Part shown: positions 54,563 to 64,000 of the stretch, one piece after another
Numbering within the stretch: position 1 is the first letter of the stretch
Layout of the letters: each line of letters opens with the position of its first letter
Assembly: GCF_046347455.1 (NCBI RefSeq)
Contig: NZ_JAXMGC010000001.1
Coordinates: 509,241-573,240 of the forward strand
From: Cellvibrio sp.
Lineage (GTDB): Bacteria; Pseudomonadota; Gammaproteobacteria; Pseudomonadales; Cellvibrionaceae
Length of the DNA: 64,000 nucleotides
Reading direction: 5' to 3'
Notes under the pieces: model-generated
Databases searched by the model: none
Told to the model about the DNA's origin: nothing
What the model saw: only the letters and a program-made list of their open reading frames with translations
Made by a program: the position numbers and the translations under genes

Positions 54563-56461
54563 ATGACTGACCAAATTCTGTTTACCGATTTAGCCCTCTC
54601 CGAGCCCGTACTCAAAGCCATTCAAAATGTTGGCTACGAAGTACCCTCCCCGATTCAAGCAGCCGCTATTCCTGTGCTGCTCAACGGTGGCGACATTCTC
54701 GGCATGGCGCAAACCGGTACAGGTAAGACCGCAGCTTTCGCATTGCCACTGCTGTCAAAATTAGATGTAAAACAAGCTGACCCACAAATCCTCGTGTTGG
54801 CACCAACTCGCGAACTTGCAATTCAAGTAGCAGAAGCTTTCCAAAAATACGCCGCCGAAATTCCCGGCTTCCACGTATTACCGATTTACGGCGGTCAGGA
54901 TATGACTAGTCAATTGCGCCAATTGAAACGCGGTGTGCACGTCGTAGTCGGCACACCTGGTCGCGTAATGGATCACTTGCGTCGCGGCAGTTTGAATTTA
55001 AATAATTTGAAAAGCCTGGTGCTCGACGAAGCCGACGAAATGTTGCGCATGGGCTTTATCGATGACGTTGAATGGATTTTGGAACATACTCCTGAGACTC
55101 GCCAAACCGCATTGTTCTCTGCAACCATGCCGCGCGAAATTCGCAAAGTGTGCGATAACTATTTACGCGATGCCAAAGAAATTAAACTCGCCAGCACTCA
55201 ATCCACCGGCGACAATATTGAACAGGTTTACTGGATGGTTAGCGGCACCAATAAATTGGATGCACTGACCCGTATTCTTGAAGTTGAACCTTTCGACGGC
55301 ATGATTATTTTCGTGCGCACTAAAACTGCAACCGTTGAACTCGCCGAAAAATTGGAAGCACGTGGTTTCTCGGCTGCTGCCTTGAACGGCGACATGAACC
55401 AACAATTGCGCGAGCGCACCATTGAGCGTTTAAAAAGCGGTTCATTGGATATAGTTATCGCCACTGACGTTGCTGCGCGTGGCATTGACGTTGAACGTGT
55501 AAGCCACGTAGTCAACTACGACATTCCTTACGACAGCGAAGCTTACGTTCACCGTATTGGTCGTACTGGTCGTGCGGGTCGTAGCGGTAAGGCAATTCTA
55601 TTTGTTGCTCCGCGTGAAAAGCGTTTGCTTTACACCATCGAAAAAGCGACTCGCAAACCCATTACTTTAATGGAATTGCCAAGCGGCGCCACTGTAACCA
55701 AACACCGTATTGATCAATTCACACAACAAATTACCAACACATTTGCTGAGCAAACTGATTTAAGTTTCTTCAATGATTTGCTGGCCGAATACAGCCACAA
55801 AAATGATGTGTCTCCAGAAGACATTGCGTCTGCATTGGCTTATCTGTTGCAAAAAGAGCGCCCACTGCAAGTTAAATTTACCGATGTAAAACCAGAGCGC
55901 GAATCTCGCGACCGTGGTGACCGTAATGATCGTGGTGGTCGTGAAGACCGTGGCTCGCGCGATCGTGGTGGTCGTGACGGTGGCCGCGAGCGCTCACGTG
56001 AAGATCGTCCACGCCGTGAACACAATGATGAAAACATGGTTCGCTACCGCATTGAAGTAGGTCGCAACCACGAAGCTCGTCCCGGTGACATCGTTGGCGC
56101 TATCGCCAATGAAGCAGGTATTTCCAGCGCAAATATCGGTCACATTAAATTGCACGATGAATTCTCAACGGTAGATTTACCAAAAGGTTTGTCTGGCGAT
56201 GTATTGAGCCAACTGAAAAAAGTTCGTGTACGCAATCGTCCATTGGAAATCAGTGTTGATCAAGGTGGCGGCGGTAACAGCCGTGACCGCGACTTCGGCG
56301 ACCGCGGTCCACGCACACGTGAATACAATGAAAAGCCACGCGGTGAAAAACGTAGCTATTCAGACAAACCACGTGATGGTGCGCCACGCGGAAAGTTAGG
56401 TTTGGGTGAAAAACCGAGAAGCGAAAAAAGCAAAAGCTTTCGTCCAAAGAAGTTTGATTAA
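54563..56461 (+). CDS. deaD: cold-shock DEAD-box RNA helicase DeaD/CsdA
   Basis: AQTGTGKT, VLDEADEM, SAT and HRIGRTGRAG motifs, an RG/RD-rich linker, and a DbpA-like C-terminal domain. ATG 54563 is preferred over the upstream TTG. Confidence 0.9.
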   Translation: MTDQILFTDLALSEPVLKAIQNVGYEVPSPIQAAAIPVLLNGGDILGMAQTGTGKTAAFALPLLSKLDVKQADPQILVLAPTRELAIQVAEAFQKYAAEIPGFHVLPIYGGQDMTSQLRQLKRGVHVVVGTPGRVMDHLRRGSLNLNNLKSLVLDEADEMLRMGFIDDVEWILEHTPETRQTALFSATMPREIRKVCDNYLRDAKEIKLASTQSTGDNIEQVYWMVSGTNKLDALTRILEVEPFDGMIIFVRTKTATVELAEKLEARGFSAAALNGDMNQQLRERTIERLKSGSLDIVIATDVAARGIDVERVSHVVNYDIPYDSEAYVHRIGRTGRAGRSGKAILFVAPREKRLLYTIEKATRKPITLMELPSGATVTKHRIDQFTQQITNTFAEQTDLSFFNDLLAEYSHKNDVSPEDIASALAYLLQKERPLQVKFTDVKPERESRDRGDRNDRGGREDRGSRDRGGRDGGRERSREDRPRREHNDENMVRYRIEVGRNHEARPGDIVGAIANEAGISSANIGHIKLHDEFSTVDLPKGLSGDVLSQLKKVRVRNRPLEISVDQGGGGNSRDRDFGDRGPRTREYNEKPRGEKRSYSDKPRDGAPRGKLGLGEKPRSEKSKSFRPKKFD

Positions 56462-56486
56462 TCCATAACAATCAAACTTATACAAA

Positions 56487-56511
56487 AGCCAGCATTGAGC
56501 TGGCTTTTTTA
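56487..56511. terminator. rho-independent terminator after deaD (between convergent genes)
   Basis: Stem AGCCAGC, loop ATTGA, stem GCTGGCT, followed by TTTTTT. Confidence 0.75.
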
Positions 56512-56529
56512 TTTCTATTACCGCGAAAT

Positions 56530-57183
56530 TTAGGGATTAGATTTCGGTTTCCCAAGCGGGGCTTTACGCGATTCAAAATCTGCCATAACTCTATCCATAG
56601 CTTTTTCACTGTCGTTTTTTCCGCAAGTGGTATAACCCCAATTATTTGCGCGATCACGTGAATCCATTTTAGCCATAGATACCATACACATCCCATCGCC
56701 CATCTCAATAAATGTTCTGCCATCAATTGCCGTCCATGTTTTAGATTTTTCCTGCACGCGTGGTCGATTTACTCCTTGCGAGTCCAATAATTTCTGCCGC
56801 ATTTTTGGATCAAATACATTCTCATACTGCCCAGACGTTTTTGAGGGGAGTTCAGAAGACGAGTCGTTAATCTGAATATCCAAAGGTGATATAACCGGCT
56901 CAGCGATCTGAATATTGGGAGGATTCCAGTGCGACAGCTGGAGCGGCTTCACAATGAGCTCTGGAAGCACTGAGTTTGTTTCCTCAGGCTTCGACAACAC
57001 ATTAATCAAACGCAGAATTTTTTCAGGACGGGTCTTTTCCGGCCTTTCTCTATCATTAAATACCAGCACGATAACTAAGGCATGCAACAACAGAATAACG
57101 CCCAACACAATTGATGAGCGAATCCTTAATCGGTCTTTTGAGGAAGAATAAAAATGACTACCTTGTAATTGGAAAAATCCCAT
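56530..57183 (-). CDS. hypothetical single-pass membrane protein
   Basis: 217-aa ORF with one N-terminal TM (IVLGVILLLHALVIVLVF). No motif recognised. Confidence 0.5.
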   Translation of the reverse strand: MGFFQLQGSHFYSSSKDRLRIRSSIVLGVILLLHALVIVLVFNDRERPEKTRPEKILRLINVLSKPEETNSVLPELIVKPLQLSHWNPPNIQIAEPVISPLDIQINDSSSELPSKTSGQYENVFDPKMRQKLLDSQGVNRPRVQEKSKTWTAIDGRTFIEMGDGMCMVSMAKMDSRDRANNWGYTTCGKNDSEKAMDRVMADFESRKAPLGKPKSNP

Positions 57184-57280
57184 ACGACCGAGCCCTATAT
57201 TATTAACCGGACTCTAGACGTTGCACCATCTTGAAAGTTCCATCTTAACCTTTAAGATAAGTCCCTGAACTTTGAGTGAT

Positions 57281-57763
57281 TTATTTAATTTCCCTTGGGG
57301 TAATCAAAAAATCATGTTTACGCTGAGTTAATTTCTGAGACTTCGTTGTTCCCGAAGATTCTAATAAAGGCAGGTAAATAATAGGGGTTCGTTCAATACT
57401 GAGCTTTTGCATCTCGCTATTATAGGGAACTCGAATAACCACGGTAGTCTTTTCCAACCGTGACTGACCGCGTGAAAACTTGTCAGCTTCCGCAAAATGA
57501 GCGCGAATAACTTGTGGGTCCGCAATAATACCTTTTGCGAGAATTACACCTGACGAGGAAGAAATATCCCAATTAAGCGCCCCTTCACTTGGCTTTTGCA
57601 AAGTTGCGGTAGCAGGAAAAGCACGAGGTATTAGCCAGGCATCAACCAGACGATATGTGGTATCGGAAACCTCTAACTTAAGCATCAAGGTTTTCACCTC
57701 TTGCGCATAAGTAGTGTTCGCCAGCAAACACACTAACAACACAATAGATTTAATTAAATTCAT
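57281..57763 (-). CDS. secreted hypothetical protein, translationally coupled to the upstream M64-like peptidase gene
   Basis: ATG 57763 lies 1 nt after the upstream stop. Signal peptide MNLIKSIVLLVCLLANTTYA-QE. Confidence 0.55.
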   Translation of the reverse strand: MNLIKSIVLLVCLLANTTYAQEVKTLMLKLEVSDTTYRLVDAWLIPRAFPATATLQKPSEGALNWDISSSSGVILAKGIIADPQVIRAHFAEADKFSRGQSRLEKTTVVIRVPYNSEMQKLSIERTPIIYLPLLESSGTTKSQKLTQRKHDFLITPREIK

Positions 57764-57764
57764 G

Positions 57765-59378
57765 TTATTGAATGCTCCACGAGTGTTGAAATTTGCTAAC
57801 GCCTTTAAGATCGCGACGAATAAATTGCGTATCATCTTCAACCGTTACTTTAACACTACGAATAGTTTCATCCACAGCCGTCAAAATCAAAAATGGAGCT
57901 GAGTTCGCAGCCTCAACTTTTACATCATTTACCCACCAGTTCACGCGCATATAGGCAGGGTCAATTATCAGAGGAACAGAAAAAACTTGTGAATTTGAGG
58001 ATCGTGAAACTGTAGCGCCTGAGGGTAAAAATTTATCCGTTGCTGAATAGTAATTCCATATCGTTAGCGCCCAAGCTTCGCGATTTACGCTCCCGTAGGG
58101 CGCGTTTAGCGAGCGCATAATAGAATCATTTGTTGCTCGCCAAATTCCTGTAGCTCTGTAACCCCCGCCCAAAAAATACCCCACCTCGGAGTCCGAATAA
58201 TTGCTTTTGTTATAACCCGCGATGGAATTTTTATCTTCGAACCAATAGTTCCATTTAACGTCTAGCACAGCTGGATTAATAGTAATGTTTGCGGCGAACG
58301 GCTCCTCGTTAAAATAAATCCCTACATTGCTATCTACATATTCATCAGCCAGCAAGACAAGCGAATGGCCCAACTCATGAAGCACAACATTTTTCACTTC
58401 GCTATTTAGTGAGGCCGTTGCAACGTGACCACCTGCTCCACCGTAAATTCCGCTATTAACGAGCACCAATATCTGATCATATTGCGGAACATGTTGCGCA
58501 ATATGATCGATAACTTTTTGGTCATTCACGCAAAGCAAGCGAGCAATACCCGCACAACCGAAATAGGCACCCAACAAAGTATTGCCCCCCGAATTACTTT
58601 GCGGAACATCTCGCGACGATGATATAGATTCCACCAACCACACATTGATCAATGACTGGTAGTGCATTAAGGCGTAATCGTCATAATCAAATATATAGCC
58701 CAGCAAATCGCGCGCAGCCTCCTCTAACTTTGCCTGATCTTCAGCCAAAAACGCGTCGCCGACAATGACCAAATCGACGCCCCGACCATTGCTATTACCT
58801 TGTAACAATTTCGCCTTTGAGGAAAAAGGTTGCGCAACTGTGAAAGCGACTTGCTTTGACACGCTTTTACCTTTGTTATCCGTCACCTTGCCTTCCAAGA
58901 CAACGTCACCAGGATCACCAGCACTTACCTTCAGCTGGTTAGCACTTTCAGCAGATGACACTGTAGGCCCAGAAACTTGCGTCCAGTTAATATTTTTTAT
59001 CTCGCCTTCCTCAGAAAAGGCTACCGTTTGTAAAGTGAAAACCTCACCTGTTTGTACGCGTTCAGGCGCAGGCGTTATTTGGATAACCGGCTCAACCAAA
59101 GTGCTGCTACCAACTTGAAACACTTTAGCAATATTAGGGAGTGATCGTGAACTTCGTGACACCGAGGATTGTATTGAGGAAGAAATGGATGAGTTTGCGA
59201 TAGAGGATGACGCATTTAGACTACTTTCCGCGGAACTACTTGAAAAGCTAATACTCGAGGAAGCGATTTGAGTAACATTCGTTAATGAATTAGAGTCTGA
59301 TGACCCGCCACCACCACCGCCACAAGCCGTTAGCAGGCACACTAACATGCCCACATAAAAACATTGGTTTTTTAACAC
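57765..59378 (-). CDS. lipoprotein zinc metallopeptidase, M64 (IgA-peptidase)-like
   Basis: Lipobox LLTAC followed by GGGGGG and a Ser-rich linker. The motifs VIVGDAF, GIYGGAGG and HELGHSLVLLADEY match my recollection of the M64 signature. Confidence 0.65.
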   Translation of the reverse strand: MLKNQCFYVGMLVCLLTACGGGGGGSSDSNSLTNVTQIASSSISFSSSSAESSLNASSSIANSSISSSIQSSVSRSSRSLPNIAKVFQVGSSTLVEPVIQITPAPERVQTGEVFTLQTVAFSEEGEIKNINWTQVSGPTVSSAESANQLKVSAGDPGDVVLEGKVTDNKGKSVSKQVAFTVAQPFSSKAKLLQGNSNGRGVDLVIVGDAFLAEDQAKLEEAARDLLGYIFDYDDYALMHYQSLINVWLVESISSSRDVPQSNSGGNTLLGAYFGCAGIARLLCVNDQKVIDHIAQHVPQYDQILVLVNSGIYGGAGGHVATASLNSEVKNVVLHELGHSLVLLADEYVDSNVGIYFNEEPFAANITINPAVLDVKWNYWFEDKNSIAGYNKSNYSDSEVGYFLGGGYRATGIWRATNDSIMRSLNAPYGSVNREAWALTIWNYYSATDKFLPSGATVSRSSNSQVFSVPLIIDPAYMRVNWWVNDVKVEAANSAPFLILTAVDETIRSVKVTVEDDTQFIRRDLKGVSKFQHSWSIQ

Positions 59379-59441
59379 GTTGACTTACTCCCTTATTTTT
59401 AGCACGTTCGATCGCTTACAGAGCGGCTTTGGAGAAACCTG

Positions 59442-59738
59442 TTATTCGTCAAACATTTGAATCATATAGCCAGACTTAATAGCCTCTGCCATAGCTTTAT
59501 CTGCCGCCACAACTCGCGGGTCATCCGTTAAGCTGCTCGGCACAAGTTTACGCTTTTCTATTTCAATTTCCGTGAAACCAGCACGCATTAAGTAAACTTT
59601 GCAAAGCTGCTCTGCTCCGAACAGATCTATAAAATTGATATAAACAATGAAAGGAACTAATTGTCCTTCTTTGATTCCGTCGTCGCGATCTTTTTTTGCC
59701 TTGGCATTTACAGAAAAAATATACATAAGAAAACTCAC
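59442..59738 (-). CDS. hypothetical small protein downstream of rapA
   Basis: 98-aa ORF starting 5 nt after the rapA stop on the same strand. Confidence 0.45.
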   Translation of the reverse strand: MSFLMYIFSVNAKAKKDRDDGIKEGQLVPFIVYINFIDLFGAEQLCKVYLMRAGFTEIEIEKRKLVPSSLTDDPRVVAADKAMAEAIKSGYMIQMFDE

Positions 59739-59743
59739 ATTAA

Positions 59744-62710
59744 TTAAACAGTCATGATCACACGCAAGGAATCCAAACGTAGTTTAGCTTGCGAGAGGTA
59801 ATGTTGGCTCGCCGCCAAACGCTCCTGCAAATAATCAATTTCTGATTGACGAACGTTCGGGTTAACTTGTGCCAAAGCTTTCATACGATCTAGCTCAGCA
59901 CTTATTTCTTCTTTTACTTTGTGTTGCGCGGCGGCAATAAGTTCAGCTTGCTGTGGTTTGGCTTTGTCTTCCGCTTTCTGCAACATGTCCACCAATGCGG
60001 GGCGTGCATGACGAACGAGTTCCTGCGCGTTATTGCGCGGTACTTTTTGTAATAGTTTACCGAGCTGATCAATGCCCAACACCGCATTGAGATCTTTACC
60101 ATTATGATCCAAGAGCACACGCAACATTGACTGCGGCATATGGCGGAACAATTGCAATTCTGCGGGCGCCGGGCAATGCAGAACATACAAAGCCTCCAAC
60201 ATTAAATTGCCAGGCTTCAAAGGCGGTAACTTCAATGTACAGAATGCGGTGTTCCCAAATTCAGTTAATGAAATAAGCTCTTGGGCGCCGCGCACTAGCG
60301 GGTGTTCCCAGCTTATAAACTGCATATCTTCGCGAGACAAGGCTTGCTGACGTTGATAAGTAATGGTCAAACCGGATTCTGGCAACCCGGGGAATTGCTC
60401 AACGCGCATATGATCGCTTGGGTGAATAACCTGACTATGCTCGCTGTGTTTTTCTGAATCGATTCCAAATGCATCGAACACCGCATCCAAATAATTGATG
60501 AGGTTTTCATCTTCATCTTTCTCCGCCAATGCGGTTACCAGTTCATCAGCTTGCGCGGGCTTGCATGAATTCAATTCCAATAAACGATCACGTCCCTTTT
60601 GCAACTGTGCCACCAAATCGGCCGCATAGGTTTGGGTGTCTTTTAATAAATTGGTGAAGACCATTTCGTCATTATTCACCAACGATGGCAAAAGATGATC
60701 CGCATATTTAATGTAAACGTTTTGGCCTATGGCACAGGTTTTCTCAAAAGCATTTAAACCTTGGTGATACCATTGGATTAATTTCTCTTGCGCCGTACCC
60801 GCGTAGAAAGGCGTGTGAATGTTGACAGTTGCAGTCTGGCCAATCCGATCCAAGCGACCAATTCGCTGCTCTAATAAATCCGGGTTAAGCGGCAAATCAA
60901 ATAACACCAGATCTTGTGCAAACTGGAAGTTACGGCCTTCACTACCAATTTCAGAACAAATCAACACTTGCGCGCCCTCTTCCATATCGGCGAAGTAAGC
61001 GGCAGCGCGATCGCGCTCGATAAGACTCAAACCTTCGTGGAAAACAGCGGTCAACAAGCCTTTACGCAAGCGCAAATAATCTTCAAGCGTTTGCGCCGTA
61101 TCTGCATTCGCACAAATCACTAATACTTTTTTACGGCGATTTTGTTTTAACCAATCGCTTAACCAAGTGACACGAGGATCTTGCAGCCACCATTCATTTT
61201 CAGTTTGTTGCCAATAGGTTTCCGCACGAAGTTGTTTTTCAAGCGGTAATTTGCAAAATTCAGCCGCTTGATCCTGCGAAAGCTCAACTGCATGTTGATG
61301 TAATTTTCGTTCCGGAAAACCCGCTACCGAATTGCGCGTGTTTCTAAACAATACGCGGCCTGTACCATGTCGATCTAACAAGTAACCGATAGCCTTATCA
61401 ATAGCCGTACCTAGGTCCGTTTCTACAGCAAGTGAATCCAGTTCTTTTAGCGTTTCAGCGGGCAGATAATTTACTAATTGGTTAGCCAAGTTTTCTGGAA
61501 TCGCCTTAGCATCATCACTGTGCGCCGCTAAAAGCGATTGAACTAAATCATTTAGTGGTTGGTAAGATTTTTGTTCTGCAATAAATTTTTCCAAATCGTA
61601 ATAACGATCCGGATCAAGCAAACGCAAACGCGCAAAGTGGCTTTCCAATCCAAGTTGCTCTGGCGTGGCGGTTAGCAATAGCAAACCTTTCGCCACTTTG
61701 GCCAACCCTTCGATATATTGGTAAGCGACACTGGCCTTGCCGTCACTCCACTGGAGGTGATGGGCTTCGTCTACCAATAACAAATCCCAAGTCGCTTGCA
61801 AGGCTTGCGCGTAACGCTGCGGATTTTTTGTGAGAAAATCGAGCGAGCATAGAATTAATTGCGCGGATTCAAATGGATTATCACTGGTCGCTTCACGCTC
61901 AATGTCATCGGTAAAATCATCAACATAGTCGATTGATTCCTCAAAGCTATCCAAACCTTCAATAGCTTGGCAGCGTTTTTCGTCTAACAAAGTAAACGCC
62001 AGATTGAATCGGCGTAACATTTCCACCAGCCATTGGTGTTGCAAACTATTGGGCACAACAATTAATGCGCGGCTTACTCGACCACTAATTAACTGTTGAT
62101 GCAAAATCAAACCCGCTTCAATAGTTTTACCCAAGCCTACTTCGTCTGCTAAAAGAACCCGTGGTGCATGGCGTTGTGCAACTTCGTTTGCGATATAAAG
62201 TTGATGCGGCAACAGCTGCACGCGCGGCCCCGCGAGACCAAAAATAGCTGATTGGCGGTGCTTGTTGAGATAATCGAGTGTTTTGTAGCGCAAGGTAAAA
62301 TGCGTGTGCTTATCAATTTGGCCCGCGAACAGGCGGTCACGCGGAGTGCTGAATTGAACAAAACTGTCCAATTCGAATTCTGGAATCGCAACTTCTTCTT
62401 TTGTCAGGTTTTTGTCTTTATCAAATGCTAATCCGTAATAAAGCAAACAGCCCTGTTGTTCAACAACACGCGTAATTTTTACGCTGGTACCATCTTGATG
62501 ACGAACCTTTTCGCCTACTTGATACACAACACGGCTCACTGGCGCATTTTCCATCGCGTAGGTACGGCGCTCTCCTGCCGCGGGAAAACTTAGTGTCAAA
62601 CGACGGTTTGCAATATCCAACACTATGCCTAAGCCCAACTCAGCTTCTGCTTCACTAATCCAGCGTTGGCCAATAGTAAAGGCCTGACTACCTACTTGCG
62701 ATTTACTCAC
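59744..62710 (-). CDS. rapA: RNA polymerase-associated SWI2/SNF2 ATPase RapA (HepA)
   Basis: 988 aa with N-terminus FTIGQRWISEAEAELGLG, helicase motifs DEVGLGKT and VDEAHHL, and the RapA-length architecture. Confidence 0.9.
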   Translation of the reverse strand: MSKSQVGSQAFTIGQRWISEAEAELGLGIVLDIANRRLTLSFPAAGERRTYAMENAPVSRVVYQVGEKVRHQDGTSVKITRVVEQQGCLLYYGLAFDKDKNLTKEEVAIPEFELDSFVQFSTPRDRLFAGQIDKHTHFTLRYKTLDYLNKHRQSAIFGLAGPRVQLLPHQLYIANEVAQRHAPRVLLADEVGLGKTIEAGLILHQQLISGRVSRALIVVPNSLQHQWLVEMLRRFNLAFTLLDEKRCQAIEGLDSFEESIDYVDDFTDDIEREATSDNPFESAQLILCSLDFLTKNPQRYAQALQATWDLLLVDEAHHLQWSDGKASVAYQYIEGLAKVAKGLLLLTATPEQLGLESHFARLRLLDPDRYYDLEKFIAEQKSYQPLNDLVQSLLAAHSDDAKAIPENLANQLVNYLPAETLKELDSLAVETDLGTAIDKAIGYLLDRHGTGRVLFRNTRNSVAGFPERKLHQHAVELSQDQAAEFCKLPLEKQLRAETYWQQTENEWWLQDPRVTWLSDWLKQNRRKKVLVICANADTAQTLEDYLRLRKGLLTAVFHEGLSLIERDRAAAYFADMEEGAQVLICSEIGSEGRNFQFAQDLVLFDLPLNPDLLEQRIGRLDRIGQTATVNIHTPFYAGTAQEKLIQWYHQGLNAFEKTCAIGQNVYIKYADHLLPSLVNNDEMVFTNLLKDTQTYAADLVAQLQKGRDRLLELNSCKPAQADELVTALAEKDEDENLINYLDAVFDAFGIDSEKHSEHSQVIHPSDHMRVEQFPGLPESGLTITYQRQQALSREDMQFISWEHPLVRGAQELISLTEFGNTAFCTLKLPPLKPGNLMLEALYVLHCPAPAELQLFRHMPQSMLRVLLDHNGKDLNAVLGIDQLGKLLQKVPRNNAQELVRHARPALVDMLQKAEDKAKPQQAELIAAAQHKVKEEISAELDRMKALAQVNPNVRQSEIDYLQERLAASQHYLSQAKLRLDSLRVIMTV

Positions 62711-62867
62711 TCAACACACCTATATCTGCAAAAAATCTGATACTTAAAAAGGGCGTGCATCATACTGTTTTTAACGCGCCAAAACCAAAAAAATCATGAT
62801 CTATAAGATGATTACAACTAATGACTTGTATAAAATTGGCCGACTGAAATTTGCTATGGTCTATCTT

Positions 62868-63797
62868 ATGTCCACCTCAGGTACTACCTCTCTCACCCGC
62901 GAAAGTTTATTGGGCACAGTCGCCAACCGCGATTTTATTGACCTAGTGTCCAGCCAGATGGCTTTTCCTGGCAGCAGAGGCAAAGGACTACCGATATTGC
63001 GAGTATCCACCCCACTATTTACGGCGCATATAGCACTTCAGGGAGCGCAATTACTGAGCTTTCAGGCCAAAGGTGGGAAGCCACTTTTATGGACCAGTCC
63101 CAATTGCGACTTCAGCCCCGGGGTCGCTTTACGCGGCGGCATTCCGGTGTGCCTGCCTTGGTTTGGCCCTCATCCAACGAACCCGAAATTGCCAAAGCAT
63201 GGATTTGCACGCAACCGGGACTGGCAATTAACCAACGCGCACTGCTCTCCCTCTGGGGAAGCGGAGTTAGTATTTGATTTTGATAGCCCTGCAGATGAGT
63301 TATTCGCGTACAGCTTCAGCGCCAGACTCACCATGACTTTAGGTTCCAGCATCAAGCTGAATTTGAGCATCACAAACACCGACACCCATTCGTTCGATTG
63401 CAGCTGGGCATTACATAGTTATTACCCGGTCAGCTCGCTGAACGAGGTTCGCGTACTCGGACTCTCAGGAAAAATCTATCTAGACAACTTGGAACAGCAC
63501 GCGGTTAAAAATCAGTACGGCGATGTAGACTTCCACGCTGAGGTTGACCGCGTTTTCCCAGACATCAATAACGACATCCGTATTTCGGGCTCACCCCAAA
63601 TTCAGATTGAGCACCATAACTGCCCGAGCGTAATTGTTTGGAATCCGGGCCACATCAATGCCGCAAAAATTGTAGATATAGGTGCCGGCCACGAACAAGA
63701 ATACATATGCGTAGAGCGTGGTGCGGTTCTGTCCGAAAAATGGACCTTAACAGCGAATGAAACCAGAAGTGCGTGGATGAAGATTAAAGCAATTTAA
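62868..63797 (+). CDS. D-hexose-6-phosphate mutarotase (aldose 1-epimerase family, YeaD-like)
   Basis: RGGIPVCLPWFG and HGFAR motifs. Start is uncertain (62796, 62856 or 62868). Confidence 0.75.
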   Translation: MSTSGTTSLTRESLLGTVANRDFIDLVSSQMAFPGSRGKGLPILRVSTPLFTAHIALQGAQLLSFQAKGGKPLLWTSPNCDFSPGVALRGGIPVCLPWFGPHPTNPKLPKHGFARNRDWQLTNAHCSPSGEAELVFDFDSPADELFAYSFSARLTMTLGSSIKLNLSITNTDTHSFDCSWALHSYYPVSSLNEVRVLGLSGKIYLDNLEQHAVKNQYGDVDFHAEVDRVFPDINNDIRISGSPQIQIEHHNCPSVIVWNPGHINAAKIVDIGAGHEQEYICVERGAVLSEKWTLTANETRSAWMKIKAI

Positions 63798-64000
63798 TAC
63801 AACCAAGCTCTGATATAAATCATCACGCGCGAGCAGCACTTCTCGCTTTAAGGCAAGATCAATTTAACGCAAACCCAGCTCGGCCGCATGCGCACGCAAA
63901 AATTCAAGTTGCGCATTTCGCGTCGCCGCGCCTTTATATTCAACCAACGTCCAAGTTTCCTCCGCAATCATAAACTCCTTGGGTGCAAGCTTTTTGTAGG

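Noticed and set aside
63864-63971. 35-aa minus-strand ORF (MIAEETWTLVEYKGAATRNAQLEFLRAHAAELGLR) with an AAGGAG-like motif very close to its ATG.
   Set aside because: It is too short, has no family evidence, and the RBS spacing is only ~3 nt. It also lies at the window edge, so the context is incomplete.
1-64000. Search for CRISPR arrays, rRNA genes, IS transposases or long tandem repeats.
   Set aside because: Reading both strands, I found no regularly spaced direct repeats, no rRNA-like segments and no transposase-like ORFs. The only mobility genes are the three tyrosine recombinases.

Overview
The window comes from a flagellated gammaproteobacterium with Pseudomonas/Cellvibrio-like gene order; the species cannot be identified from sequence alone. 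It has three blocks.
(1) 1-1038: the 3' end of nrdA.
(2) About 1.05-28.94 kb: a lower-GC mosaic genomic island.
- It opens with three translationally coupled tyrosine recombinases plus a small helical protein. This matches the ginABCD architecture of GInt elements.
- Its cargo includes an XRE-controlled wHTH / SF2 helicase / unknown / DEDDh exonuclease operon. This is my best candidate for an uncharacterised system.
- It also carries a MerR / MerF-like / YnfA unit.
- A 14-gene co-directional metal-homeostasis array follows: czcCBA, a PII-like gene, a P1B ATPase, His-rich small proteins, two related lipoproteins, an orphan sensor kinase and an out-of-context full-length flgB.
- The last cargo unit is a canonical four-gene type II CBASS: patatin effector, CD-NTase, Cap2 E1/E2 and Cap3 JAB.
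- The island ends in an ORF-free, AT-rich, repeat-laden tail, next to what looks like the displaced nrdA terminator.
(3) 29.1-64 kb: core chromosome.
- tRNA-Leu(CAA), then flhB-fliRQPONML, fliK, an hptB/hsbR/hsbA-like module, fliJIHGFE and fleSR. Four GG-N10-GC sigma54 promoter candidates lie in this cluster.
- Housekeeping genes follow: a metallophosphoesterase-membrane fusion, HIT, YaiI, DeaD, an M64-like lipoprotein peptidase, RapA and hexose-6-P mutarotase.
I saw no CRISPR array, rRNA or IS transposase. All protein calls rest on motif recognition by eye; no database searches were run.
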